A stretch of 64,000 nucleotides of DNA from Candidatus Moraniibacteriota bacterium (GTDB lineage: Bacteria; Patescibacteriota; Minisyncoccia; Moranbacterales; UBA1568). Each line of letters begins with the position of its first letter. The first letter of the stretch is position 1. The translations under genes were made by a program, and so were the position numbers. A model generated the notes under the pieces. It did no database searches. It saw nothing but the letters and a program-made list of their open reading frames with translations, and had not been told where the DNA came from. The stretch covers positions 34,810-98,809 of the forward strand of contig JAGOSP010000001.1 of assembly GCA_018062205.1 (NCBI GenBank), given 5' to 3'. Positions 27,329 to 37,232 of the stretch are shown here, piece after piece.

Positions 27329-28354
27329 ATGACTTCAAATGAAAAAGTCGATATTGGCAACAGACTGCTTTTACGAGCAGCTTTGTTCGTGGGAGGAGCG
27401 TATCTCCTGTATCTTCTTCAGGACGTGGTAATAGTAGTTCTATTTGCGGTATTAACTGCTGCTGTTTTGGTTCCAGCCATCAATAAATTGCAGGAGTGGG
27501 GACTCTCGAGGACAGTATCTGTTATTTTGGCTTACACGGTACTCTTTTTCGGAGGAGTAGCCTTGGTAGGGGTTTGTATACCGGTATTGTTCACTGAAAT
27601 TAAAGAGTTTTTGAATCATTGGCCGAAATATACCGAGCAACTGGAAGTTCTCCTTTCCGGGCTGGATACTTACGCACAAACTATTGGCTTTTCTTTCGAT
27701 AAGCAGACATTGTTTCATAATTTTGAGGGTTCATTGTCAGAATGGCTTGGCAGTTTTTTTTCCACGACTTTGGATTTCTTCCAGGGATTTATACATGTGA
27801 TTGGTTTCTTTTTTCTTGCCCTGTATCTTTCGCTTGAAGAAAAGGGTATTGAAAAATTTTTCCTCATGCTCACACCAGAGGAATACCATGCTCACGCTCG
27901 CTCGCTCGCTTTACGCATGCAAGGAAAGGTAAGCCAGTGGCTTTTTGGGCAGGTCCTTTTGATGATTATTGCGTTCATTATTTACTACATTGGACTGCTT
28001 ATTATTGGTGTGCCCTATGCACTTGCGATCGCCTTTTTTGGTGGATTGATGGAAATTATTCCTTATATCGGTCCTGTATTGGCAGCGGTTCCAGCTATTC
28101 TGATTGGGTTATTGTACTCTCCAGGACTTGGATTGGCTGCACTTATTTTCTATTTAATTGCACATCAGGTGGAAGCACATGTTATTGCTCCACAGGTAAT
28201 GAAACGTTCAGCGAATTTGAATCCAGTAGCTCTCATTATTGCGATTCTGATTGGGATTGAATTAGGGGGTCTGTTTGGGGTTATTTTGGCGGTACCAATA
28301 ACTATGGTCCTCTCGGTTTTTGTGGAGGATATTTTTGAGAAAAGACGGGGCTAA
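27329..28354 (+). CDS. AI-2E family transporter (PerM/UPF0118)
   Basis: Eight-TM membrane protein with a characteristic C-terminal half (GLLYSPGLG...VPITMVLSVFV). Confidence 0.8.
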   Translation: MTSNEKVDIGNRLLLRAALFVGGAYLLYLLQDVVIVVLFAVLTAAVLVPAINKLQEWGLSRTVSVILAYTVLFFGGVALVGVCIPVLFTEIKEFLNHWPKYTEQLEVLLSGLDTYAQTIGFSFDKQTLFHNFEGSLSEWLGSFFSTTLDFFQGFIHVIGFFFLALYLSLEEKGIEKFFLMLTPEEYHAHARSLALRMQGKVSQWLFGQVLLMIIAFIIYYIGLLIIGVPYALAIAFFGGLMEIIPYIGPVLAAVPAILIGLLYSPGLGLAALIFYLIAHQVEAHVIAPQVMKRSANLNPVALIIAILIGIELGGLFGVILAVPITMVLSVFVEDIFEKRRG

Positions 28355-28446
28355 CAACGACCTCGTAAAAGAGACTCTTTTGTGCTCAAGAATCAGGGAA
28401 GACAGGGTTCGCGGAAAATATCGGGGAGTGACGAGAAAAATATTGA

Positions 28447-29139
28447 TTGATAATTCATAGATGTATGCAACAATCAGGAACTTTATTCATAGTCGCAACA
28501 CCCATCGGTAATTTGGGTGATATGACCTTACGCGCTCTCGAGACGCTCAAGTTGGTCGACGCGATTTTGTGTGAAGACACTCGGGTAACGAGCCGGCTGC
28601 TCGCGCACTATGAGATCAAGCGGCCGCTGGTTTCCTGTCACGAACACACGGACGACAGCAAACTCAAACAGTTGATTGGGCGTCTTGAGCAGGGTGAGTC
28701 ATTGGCCTTTGTGTCGGATGCTGGAACGCCGGGGCTTTCGGATCCGGGGAACAAGCTGGTTTCATTGGCGCTTGAGGCTGACATCGCGGTTGTCCCTATT
28801 CCGGGAGTATCAGCTTTGGCGACACTCGTGTCGGTAGCGGGAATCGATATGCGGGAATTCGTGTTCCTCGGTTTTCCACCGCACAAGAAAGGCCGGGAAA
28901 CATTTTTTAAGAAAGTAGCTGCCACCGAAATGCCCGTGATGTACTATGAATCGCCACATCGGGTATTGAAGAATCTCGAATTACTCGCGTCGTTTGCCTC
29001 CGGAAAAAGAGTTATCATCGGGCGGGAATTGACGAAACTGTTCGAGGAAATCGTGCGTGGTACCATAGAAGAAGCACTTGTGTATTTCAGCGAGCATCCG
29101 GGAAAAGTGAAGGGAGAATTCGCGGTGATCGTTTTTTGA
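28447..29139 (+). CDS. rsmI: 16S rRNA (cytidine1402-2'-O)-methyltransferase RsmI
   Basis: LFIVATPIGNLGDMTLRALETLKLVDAILCEDTRVTSRLL is the canonical tetrapyrrole-methylase-fold RsmI N-terminus. Confidence 0.9.
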   Translation: MIIHRCMQQSGTLFIVATPIGNLGDMTLRALETLKLVDAILCEDTRVTSRLLAHYEIKRPLVSCHEHTDDSKLKQLIGRLEQGESLAFVSDAGTPGLSDPGNKLVSLALEADIAVVPIPGVSALATLVSVAGIDMREFVFLGFPPHKKGRETFFKKVAATEMPVMYYESPHRVLKNLELLASFASGKRVIIGRELTKLFEEIVRGTIEEALVYFSEHPGKVKGEFAVIVF

Positions 29140-30515
29140 TTCCGGTGTGTAAGGGAGTCCATGATAAGGCATATATGGTATCTTTCGAACAATCATCTTT
29201 GGTTTCTGGAAAACAGGAAAAAACAGCACCGAAGGGAGCGGAGCATTTTGACGATGGGAAAAAAGTCAGGAAAGAAAATCCTGCTAGTCCGCATTTCGGA
29301 GTCGAGGAAGGAAACGTTTCTTCGGATATGGCTGTACCGGAGCAGAGGGCTACGACATCGCATCGGACTTTTCTTGCACAGCATGATACCGGGGCGCTTT
29401 CGACGATGCTCCGGCGCGAGGTGGAGATCAAGGCGCGACTGCGCGAAAAGCTTGAGAAAGAGTTTCGAGAAAAGGATGTCTCAAAACCTCCGAAATTGAG
29501 ACATGAATCTGTAGCGGGAATTGATCGGGCTTTAGCTTTAGCGGAGCCAGCGCGAGAAAAGCCTATTCATCCACAAGTATTTCGTGAGGCACGTGGGAAA
29601 TTGGTGGATCTTTTGGAAAAGCGGAACAAGTTTGTACTCTCAAAGAAAGGTTATGAACAATACTTTACCGATAAGCATTTGGAACGTAAAGGATTTCGTC
29701 AGGGGAATGTGGGTGATTGCTATGCAGTGGCCGCACTCCATGCCTTGAGTGAGTCGCCGAATTTCGAGATGCTTGTACGTTCCTCGTGCCGGCGTCTTCC
29801 GGATGGGACCTGGAAGGTGCGGATTCCACTTCTGGATGAGCGGGGTGCGATGATATCAATTTCTCCGGAAGAGATTTCGAGTCAGCGAAATACCGGCTTT
29901 TTGAAATGGGATGATACCCGAGGTCTGGATAGACGAAAGGTCCTTCATCCGCTCCAAGGGAGCGAAGGGATGCGCGTTTTGGAAGCGGCGTATATCAAGG
30001 CGAAATTCGGATCGGTGAACCGGCTTGCCGCGGAAGGTGGATATGGAAATGAAGTGCTCACTCATCTCTTGGGAAAAAAACAAGTCATTGACACGAGTTT
30101 TCAGATGGTACCTTCAGATAGCAGAGGCCAGCAATTTCAGGGAAAAGCCGAAGGAGACACGATTCCGTCGATTGATCGGTTCCTGCGAGAATTCGATCTT
30201 GAGACTTCTCTGGTGACGGTGAACTCACGTGCATTCACTCCTGGGCGATGGGATAAGATACGTCAATCATTCGGTTTTCCAAGAAGAATATATTATCGGG
30301 GGAGAGGGATAGAGAAAAGGTTTGTAAGAAATCATGTGTATTCACTTCTGAAAGTCGATCAGAAGAAGAGGGGAGTTATCCTTACGAATCCTTGGGATAC
30401 AGCCGAACCAATAGAGCTTTCTTTCGATCAATTGCGGGAGAACTTTAGGAGCGTCAGTGCTGTTCGTCTCAATCATGCGAAACTCCTTGAAAATGCAGCC
30501 TCTCGGGCGGAATAA
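29136..30515 (+). CDS. Calpain-like cysteine protease (papain-superfamily CysPc / peptidase C2-type catalytic core) with an N-terminal region of about 180 aa of unknown function
   Basis: FRQGNVGDCYAVAALHAL matches the calpain active-site consensus Q-G-x-x-G-D-C-[WY]-x-x-A-A, with Cys at codon 195 (nt 29718-29720). NHVYSLL matches the catalytic-His motif GHAYS. TNPWD matches the catalytic-Asn motif NPWG. Start overlaps the rsmI stop (ATGA). Confidence 0.6.
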   Translation: MIPVCKGVHDKAYMVSFEQSSLVSGKQEKTAPKGAEHFDDGKKVRKENPASPHFGVEEGNVSSDMAVPEQRATTSHRTFLAQHDTGALSTMLRREVEIKARLREKLEKEFREKDVSKPPKLRHESVAGIDRALALAEPAREKPIHPQVFREARGKLVDLLEKRNKFVLSKKGYEQYFTDKHLERKGFRQGNVGDCYAVAALHALSESPNFEMLVRSSCRRLPDGTWKVRIPLLDERGAMISISPEEISSQRNTGFLKWDDTRGLDRRKVLHPLQGSEGMRVLEAAYIKAKFGSVNRLAAEGGYGNEVLTHLLGKKQVIDTSFQMVPSDSRGQQFQGKAEGDTIPSIDRFLREFDLETSLVTVNSRAFTPGRWDKIRQSFGFPRRIYYRGRGIEKRFVRNHVYSLLKVDQKKRGVILTNPWDTAEPIELSFDQLRENFRSVSAVRLNHAKLLENAASRAE

Positions 30516-30559
30516 AAAAGGAATAGTGAGAAGAAAAAATAATTCTTACGAAAAGTTAT

Positions 30560-30829
30560 ATGGATTTACCATTGAAAGTGCCGAATGAACTTGCTTCTGA
30601 ATATGAACCCGCGATCAAGTCTGCACTGGTCGCGGAATTCGCTCTTGTTCCAGATACTCTCCATCTTTTGCTTGAGGATGAAGATGGGGCATACTGGAGC
30701 CGGGAGGAGCCAGGAACACTCTGCGTTCTGGTCCTTGGTCAGGAGAACGGACACCTCTATCTGGTGACAGGAAGATGGGATGAGGAGCAAGGGTGTTTGC
30801 AGGATTTCAAGTGTGGTATGCTCGGGTGA
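30560..30829 (+). CDS. Hypothetical small acidic protein (89 aa) directly downstream of the calpain-like gene
   Basis: ORF with a terminator immediately after it. No recognised motif. Confidence 0.4.
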   Translation: MDLPLKVPNELASEYEPAIKSALVAEFALVPDTLHLLLEDEDGAYWSREEPGTLCVLVLGQENGHLYLVTGRWDEEQGCLQDFKCGMLG

Positions 30830-30840
30830 GAATGAAAAAA

Positions 30841-30867
30841 GCTCAGCTGTGGTGGGCTGAGCCTTGG
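30841..30867. terminator. Bidirectional intrinsic terminator (GCTCAGC-tgtggtgg-GCTGAGC)
   Basis: Perfect 7-bp stem with an A-run upstream on plus, which is a T-run on minus. Lies between convergent ORFs. Confidence 0.6.
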
Positions 30868-30891
30868 GTGAAGAGGGGTGAGCGCGTCGGT

Positions 30892-31083
30892 TTAGCGCCG
30901 AGTCCACCGGAGCGGGTCCTCTGATGAAAGAGGCCGCAATGCCGTAGCGACGTGAGTGAAGAGGTCGCCGTTGGACCAGGTGCAGTCGCCGCCAGTAGCG
31001 CAGTCGGCTGAGAGGAGTAGTCTTACTAACAGGAACAGGGCAAGTGCGCCACCGGCCGAAGCGATATATCTTTTTTTCAACAC
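30892..31083 (-). CDS. Small secreted cysteine-containing peptide (63-aa precursor with a signal peptide)
   Basis: GTG start with an AAAGGAG Shine-Dalgarno 5 nt upstream. Signal peptide MLKKRYIASAGGALALFLLVRLLLSA, then a mature region DCATGGDCTWSNGDLFTH... An intrinsic terminator follows. Confidence 0.45.
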   Translation of the reverse strand: MLKKRYIASAGGALALFLLVRLLLSADCATGGDCTWSNGDLFTHVATALRPLSSEDPLRWTRR

Positions 31084-31169
31084 GGGAACTCCTTTCTGTA
31101 AGGTACGACGAAAAAAAAATAACTTAAATTTATTATATACCTAAATAATGAATTTGTCAATACTCATAT

Positions 31170-32615
31170 ATGAATACTACTTTAAATAAGCCATTTTATA
31201 TCACAACAGCTATTGATTATGTCAATGCCCGACCACATGTTGGGCATGCGACCGAGAAGATTCTCGCGGATGTGATTGCCCGGTATCACCGGGATATTTT
31301 GGGGGATGAAACGTATTTTCTCACGGGGTCGGATGAGAATAGTCTGAAAAATGTTCAGGCGGCTGAGAAGGTGGGCCAGCCGACCCAGGCTTTCATCGAT
31401 GAGCAGACGCATTTTTTTCAGGAGCTGGCTTCGTCGCTCCAGCTTTCATTTGATCAATTTATCCGGACGACTGAGGCGCGGCATTTTGCTGGAGCACAGA
31501 AAATGTGGAAGGCTTTCGATTCATCAGACGTCTACAAGAGGGCTTACCGCGGCTTGTACTGTGTGGGCTGCGAAGAGTTCAAGGGCGAGAAGGATTTAAT
31601 TGATGGGAAATGCGCGGATCATCAGAAGGAGCCAGAAGTAGTTGATGAAGAGAATTATTTTTTTCGCTTGTCGGCATATCAAGAAAAATTACGAGAACTC
31701 ATTTCGAGCGATAAGCTTCGGGTGTTTCCAGAATACCGAAAAAATGAAGTACTGGCTTTTATTGATAGTGGACTAGAAGACTTTTCGATTTCTCGAAGCG
31801 TGATGCGCGCCAAGAATTGGGGAGTATCGGTACCGGGTGATGCTGAGCAGATCATGTATGTTTGGGTGGATGCTCTTTCGAATTATATTACTGCGCTTGA
31901 TTATGCAACGGAAGGAGCTCTCTATCAAAAGCTCTGGTCTGGAGATGGCGAGCGAGTGCATGTGATTGGGAAGGGGATACTTCGTTTTCATGCAATCTAT
32001 TGGCCAGCGATGTTACTTTCGGCTGGGTTGCCGCTGCCGACGCAGATTTATGCGCATGAATACCTGACTATTGGGGGACAGAAAATGTCGAAGACGCTGG
32101 GGAATGTGATTGCACCAAGCGAATTAGTTGAACGCTACGGTATCGATGGAGCGCGCTACCTTCTTATTTCAGCCTTACCGTACACGAAAGACGGAGATCT
32201 TTCTTGGGAAAAAATGACTGAGAAATATCATGCTGATCTCGCCAATGGACTCGGAAATTTGGTGTCACGTCTTATCAAATTGAGCGAAAAGCTGGAGACA
32301 TCGTTTGAAGTTTCTGTTACAGAAAAAATATATCCATCAGAATTGCAAACATTATTTGCGGAGTACCGTTTGTGCGAGGCACTCGAATGGATTTTAGATC
32401 GGACACGTGTGTTGGATCGACGTATTGCTGAAACAAAACCTTGGATTTTGGTAAAGACGGATGGGAAAGAATTTGAAGTGGTCATGCGAGAATTTCTTGA
32501 GGAGCTTGCGTTCATTGCTTATTGTTTACGACCATTTCTTTCTGAGACAAGTGAAAAAATAGAGCGAGCATTGAAAGAAAGACAAACAGAGGTGTTGTTT
32601 CGACGAGTAGTGTGA
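31170..32615 (+). CDS. metG: Methionine--tRNA ligase
   Basis: HVGH (HIGH-class) motif and KMSKT motif, 481 aa, no C-terminal tRNA-binding extension. Confidence 0.92.
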   Translation: MNTTLNKPFYITTAIDYVNARPHVGHATEKILADVIARYHRDILGDETYFLTGSDENSLKNVQAAEKVGQPTQAFIDEQTHFFQELASSLQLSFDQFIRTTEARHFAGAQKMWKAFDSSDVYKRAYRGLYCVGCEEFKGEKDLIDGKCADHQKEPEVVDEENYFFRLSAYQEKLRELISSDKLRVFPEYRKNEVLAFIDSGLEDFSISRSVMRAKNWGVSVPGDAEQIMYVWVDALSNYITALDYATEGALYQKLWSGDGERVHVIGKGILRFHAIYWPAMLLSAGLPLPTQIYAHEYLTIGGQKMSKTLGNVIAPSELVERYGIDGARYLLISALPYTKDGDLSWEKMTEKYHADLANGLGNLVSRLIKLSEKLETSFEVSVTEKIYPSELQTLFAEYRLCEALEWILDRTRVLDRRIAETKPWILVKTDGKEFEVVMREFLEELAFIAYCLRPFLSETSEKIERALKERQTEVLFRRVV

Positions 32616-32753
32616 AATCCTCTTTCTTGCAAATTTTTTCAACTGTATTTTTTGAAGAGATGTGTTAAAATATCCTTGCTTCTTTCTTGAGGGGAATAGT
32701 GCTGGCAGAGTGCTATCAAGAGAAAATTTCTTAAAAAAATAGCATACAAATAT

Positions 32754-33548
32754 ATGCCTTTTGAAGGACGAGCGCTTCATACGAGAGGACAGGAAAAACC
32801 ACGAACGTCGACGGATTTGCCGGATTTCGAAATGCCTGGATTTACAGGATATACTGACCTTGACGGAAAACTATCTACTGGGTCGGTGCAAGAAGCACAA
32901 AGGCAGTTCGAAGCACTCCGGGGGTTTTCTTCTGTGAAGGAAGAGGAACCAGTTGTTCAGAAAGCAGCTTCTCAGAAGAGTCCAGAAACACAGAAGGTTG
33001 AGCCGATTGTCCTTGATGAAGATACAATTCTGGCGCGACAAAAAGCACTTGAGATGCCACGTGATCTCTCAGAAGAGATGTTGCTTCAGGCACTCGAAGC
33101 AAAATTAGAAGAATTTAAGGTGTACTTTGATCAAAAATGGAAAGGGCAAAATTTATTCCAAACGCATGCTGCAAAAGACGCTGATTTGGAGTGTCTAGCG
33201 ACTCTTCAGGGGCGTATTGCTGCCCAGCGCAGGACGACACGGAATGTAGTGGCCCATACTGAGCAGGAGAAAAAGAGGCAGGAGGAATTAGAGAGGATAG
33301 CGCAAGTAGAATTGGCACAAATTCGCGGAGATGTTTTGTTGGCGCAAGAGAAATTACTTGCGGAGTGGAATGGAGCACCGACAACTGCTGTATACCAGCG
33401 CCGTCGCATATATGATCAAATGAAGAGGTTAGGAAGCCTTTTGAAACCAGAAAATGAATTAGCTTTACGTGCCTGGTGGAATGAGGGGGCGTATATATCG
33501 GAAGATTTTTTTTCTGAGAATGATAAGGATGGCTTTAGTTATGTTTAG
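32754..33548 (+). CDS. Hypothetical protein, predicted coiled-coil, 264 aa
   Basis: ORF only. Charged and helical composition, no recognisable motif. Confidence 0.4.
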   Translation: MPFEGRALHTRGQEKPRTSTDLPDFEMPGFTGYTDLDGKLSTGSVQEAQRQFEALRGFSSVKEEEPVVQKAASQKSPETQKVEPIVLDEDTILARQKALEMPRDLSEEMLLQALEAKLEEFKVYFDQKWKGQNLFQTHAAKDADLECLATLQGRIAAQRRTTRNVVAHTEQEKKRQEELERIAQVELAQIRGDVLLAQEKLLAEWNGAPTTAVYQRRRIYDQMKRLGSLLKPENELALRAWWNEGAYISEDFFSENDKDGFSYV

Positions 33549-33652
33549 GATGAGGCAGGATATACCCCGATTTTTTTCATGGGGTGTGCGAGATATTTTG
33601 TGAATAGACAGAATTCGTTTAATGCGAAAATGAAGAGGATACCCGTAAAAGT

Positions 33653-34522
33653 GTGTCGAGTATGATAGATGCACACGCACACGTGCATGATGAAGCCTTT
33701 GATCAAGATCGGGATCTGGTTATTGAGCGAGCGCGACTCGCTGGTGTTGAAGCCTTGATTACTATAGGAACCGATCTTATCGAGAGTCAACAGGCGATTG
33801 CCTATGCGGAGTCTTCTTCTTTCGTATGGGCGAGCGCGGGTATTCACCCGCATGTTTTTTGTACTCATCAGGATGAAAGAGAAGTATCAAAATTAATAGA
33901 AGAGCTCAAAAAAATTGCCCAGTCTTCTGATAAGATCGTAGCGATTGGAGAATGCGGCTTGGATTATTTTTCGCATGATGCTACACAGAGTATCACTGAG
34001 CAACAAAAGGATACACAAAAAAATGGCTTTCTTTCTCAGGCGGCTCTTGCGCGAGAACTCTCTCTCCCAATGATTATTCACACCCGTCCAGCTCTTGGTA
34101 GTATGGATGCATATGAAGATATGTATGCTTTGCTCCAGTCTTTTTTTTCGGAGCAGGCGGATTTGGACCAAAAGTATCCACCAGTGATTCTCCATTGCTA
34201 TATGGGCGATGCGCGAATGACAGAGAAGTTTTTGGGTCTTTCGAAGGTGTATTTTTCATTTACAGGGAATATCACGTATAAGGCGTGTGCTGGTTCGGAT
34301 ACCGAACAGGTGATTGGAATGATTTCGGTTGAACGACTGATGGTGGAGACTGATTCTCCATATCTTGCCCCAGTGCCATATCGAGGGAAGCGCAATGAGC
34401 CAGCCTATGTCACTCGAGTAGCTTCGTCTATCGCTCAGACTAAAAAAATACCGTATACTCTGTTTGAGGAACAGCTCCGAAAAAATATGCTTGAGGTTTT
34501 CCCTAATATATTGGACATGTAA
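33653..34522 (+). CDS. tatD: TatD-family metal-dependent hydrolase or DNase
   Basis: MIDAHAHVHD N-terminal HxH motif, GECGLDYF, and downstream His/Asp ligands. Classic metG-tatD adjacency. Confidence 0.88.
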   Translation: MSSMIDAHAHVHDEAFDQDRDLVIERARLAGVEALITIGTDLIESQQAIAYAESSSFVWASAGIHPHVFCTHQDEREVSKLIEELKKIAQSSDKIVAIGECGLDYFSHDATQSITEQQKDTQKNGFLSQAALARELSLPMIIHTRPALGSMDAYEDMYALLQSFFSEQADLDQKYPPVILHCYMGDARMTEKFLGLSKVYFSFTGNITYKACAGSDTEQVIGMISVERLMVETDSPYLAPVPYRGKRNEPAYVTRVASSIAQTKKIPYTLFEEQLRKNMLEVFPNILDM

Positions 34523-34525
34523 AAA

Positions 34526-35008
34526 ATGTTTATGGGATTTTTTGACAAATTACGATCACAAACAGCCGCATCGAAGGAGCAAGCGAGGCTCACGGCTGAG
34601 GCAGAAAAAAATCGGCAATGGGAAGAGGCGCGGCGTAAAGCAGTAGGAAATAGAGATGTTTGGGGGGGATCAACACAAACGACGTCGTCTGCTGCGGGGA
34701 AAGTACCGATGGGTCAAAATGATGATTCGGATCCGTATGGCCGAAAAGAACAAGAGAACCTTAATCGTCTGGCGATGGGCTTTCCAGTAGACGATGGAAG
34801 CATCACCCCCCCATCCACAAAAAAGCAGGATGCTTTGAATCCAAATGCTATGGGGAGCGCCCGGATTACAGGGAGTACTACTGAAGATATGCAGCAGGAG
34901 GGGATTGTCGACCCGCAGATGGATACCTATATTCAAACCCTGATGGCAGAGGAAGCAGCAAAGGAAGCGGCGAAAGATCAGGACCGGAAGCCGGTAGAGA
35001 AAGATTGA
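34526..35008 (+). CDS. Hypothetical low-complexity protein, 160 aa
   Basis: ORF only. Rich in Ala, Glu, Lys and Gln. Confidence 0.35.
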   Translation: MFMGFFDKLRSQTAASKEQARLTAEAEKNRQWEEARRKAVGNRDVWGGSTQTTSSAAGKVPMGQNDDSDPYGRKEQENLNRLAMGFPVDDGSITPPSTKKQDALNPNAMGSARITGSTTEDMQQEGIVDPQMDTYIQTLMAEEAAKEAAKDQDRKPVEKD

Positions 35009-35095
35009 CTTTTTTATCGAATTAAGGGTAAAATTGGCTTGGGTTTGTCATTTTTGGAATAGGCGCAAGACGCCTTTTTCTGGTGAGAGGAGTTT

Positions 35096-35875
35096 TTGAT
35101 ACAAGCGACGACTGGCATGGAAATTTCAATCGCAGCAGAAAAATTATTTATGCTCGGCACCTTACCCGTGACGAATGCTTTGCTTATTGGCATGCTTGTC
35201 AGTGTGTTGCTGGTACTTTCTACGCAGGTATTGCTTACGCGATGGCGGTCAGTGCCTCGGGGGTTTCAAAATGTTTTTGAAATGGTTATCGATGGAGTGT
35301 TGGGACTTCTTGAAAGTATTCTGCAGGATCGGAGCATGGCAAGGAAGTTTTTTCCACTTATTGCCACTCTTTTTCTCTTCATTTTGCTCTCGAATTGGAT
35401 TGGACTTTTGCCTGGACTCGGTACCGTTGGCCTCGCACATGAGAGCACAACGGGGCATGCGACTATCATTCCGTTTCTACGAAGCACCTCAGCCGATTTG
35501 AATTTTACACTCGGACTTTCGCTTTTTGTGGTCATTACCATCCAAGTAACCGGTATTCTTGCACTAGGCATTCGTGGGTATGCAAGGAAATTCTTGGTGA
35601 GTCCGTTTCAGAAGCCCTACGTTGTTGGGACGCTCATGGGAGCACTGGAACTGGTTTCTGAATTTGCTAAAATTCTTTCGTTTGCCTTTCGATTATTTGG
35701 GAATGTTTTTGCCGGGGAAATTCTTTTGACGGTGATGCTTCATTTGGTGCCATACTTTATTCCGCTCCCTTTTCTCTTTTTGGAGATTTTTGTGGGATTC
35801 ATTCAGGCAGCAGTTTTTGCCATGCTCGTGGCAGTTTTTCTGAAGATGGCTACAACGTCCGCTGAGCATGCGTGA
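35096..35875 (+). CDS. atpB: F0F1 ATP synthase subunit a
   Basis: FRLFGNVFAGEILL, the conserved Arg-containing TM helix. First gene of the atp operon. Confidence 0.9.
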   Translation: MIQATTGMEISIAAEKLFMLGTLPVTNALLIGMLVSVLLVLSTQVLLTRWRSVPRGFQNVFEMVIDGVLGLLESILQDRSMARKFFPLIATLFLFILLSNWIGLLPGLGTVGLAHESTTGHATIIPFLRSTSADLNFTLGLSLFVVITIQVTGILALGIRGYARKFLVSPFQKPYVVGTLMGALELVSEFAKILSFAFRLFGNVFAGEILLTVMLHLVPYFIPLPFLFLEIFVGFIQAAVFAMLVAVFLKMATTSAEHA

Positions 35876-35970
35876 ATGTGTGGATAAGGAGAGAGTATTT
35901 TCGAAGTTTGGACAAAGAGGCGTTTTTGCTTTATAGTAAGTAATTGTGAATTATAATTTATCAATAATAG

Positions 35971-36204
<234 letters not shown>

Positions 36205-36248
36205 ATATTTTTTTACTTCATTTGGTGGTAAGAAAAAAATAAGAGTCT

Positions 36249-36734
36249 ATGGAAGCACTCGCCAATCTCGGTATTGACTGGAAGCTCCTCCTCGCGCAGG
36301 TGGTGAACTTTGTGATTGTTCTTTTGGTACTCAAGCGTTTTGCGTATCAACCAATGCTCAAGTTACTTGATGAGCGTACGGCGAAGATAGAAAAAGGTTT
36401 AGCTGATGCTGAGCATGCTGGACAAAAGTTGAGTGAGATAGAAACAAAAGAAAAGGCCGTACTTGCTGAAGCCCGGACAGAAGCGAAGCGTATTTTGGCA
36501 GAGACAGATGAAGTGGCTAAGAAGCGCGATGCTGCTCAAATGAGAGAGACTGAAATGAGAGTCAAAAAACTGCTTCATGAGTCAGAGGTCAAAATAGCTA
36601 CGGATCAGAAAAAAATGCTCGAAGAAGCCAAACACGAGCTTGCTGAAACAGTGCTTTTAGCGGTTGAAAAAGTTTTGCATGAGAAGATGAGTGCCGCAAA
36701 AGAAAAAGAATTAATCGAACGACATCTGAATTAA
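36249..36734 (+). CDS. atpF: F0F1 ATP synthase subunit b
   Basis: N-terminal TM helix then a long charged helix, at the b-subunit position in the operon. Confidence 0.85.
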   Translation: MEALANLGIDWKLLLAQVVNFVIVLLVLKRFAYQPMLKLLDERTAKIEKGLADAEHAGQKLSEIETKEKAVLAEARTEAKRILAETDEVAKKRDAAQMRETEMRVKKLLHESEVKIATDQKKMLEEAKHELAETVLLAVEKVLHEKMSAAKEKELIERHLN

Positions 36735-36736
36735 GT

Positions 36737-37138
36737 ATGCGACTTTCGATACGACAATACGCACAAGCGCTTCTTGATTTAGAGCGAGAGCAGGCGGCAG
36801 GAGAAGCAGCGAAAGGAAGTGCACGATTTTGCGCATGGCTATCACGTCGAGGTGAGACAAAGAAATTGGGCGGAATCATCCGTGAGGCAGAGCGTTTAAT
36901 ACGAGAGCAATCTGGAGTCACTTTGATTCATATCACAACTGCATACCAGACGGACGAGGCGCTTCGTATGACCTTGAAGAAGCAGGCGGCAGCGGTGTTT
37001 GCTGGGAAGACAATCGAAGCATTTTTCGGAGTAGATGCGCGTTTGATTGGTGGGGTAAAGATGCAGAGTGAGGAAATTTTTTATGATGCCACACTGGCAA
37101 CTCGTTTCAATCAGTTTGGAAAAAATCTACGAGGGTAG
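36737..37138 (+). CDS. atpH: F0F1 ATP synthase subunit delta (short, 133 aa)
   Basis: Position between atpF and atpA, with OSCP-like N-terminus MRLSIRQYAQALLDL. Confidence 0.7.
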   Translation: MRLSIRQYAQALLDLEREQAAGEAAKGSARFCAWLSRRGETKKLGGIIREAERLIREQSGVTLIHITTAYQTDEALRMTLKKQAAAVFAGKTIEAFFGVDARLIGGVKMQSEEIFYDATLATRFNQFGKNLRG

Positions 37139-37232
37139 TCTAGAAAAAAAATCCATATGGAATATGGAATATAGTATGGAGTTGATGCAGAAACTCAATG
37201 GTAGATTCTAAATTCGATATTCTGAAAATTAT

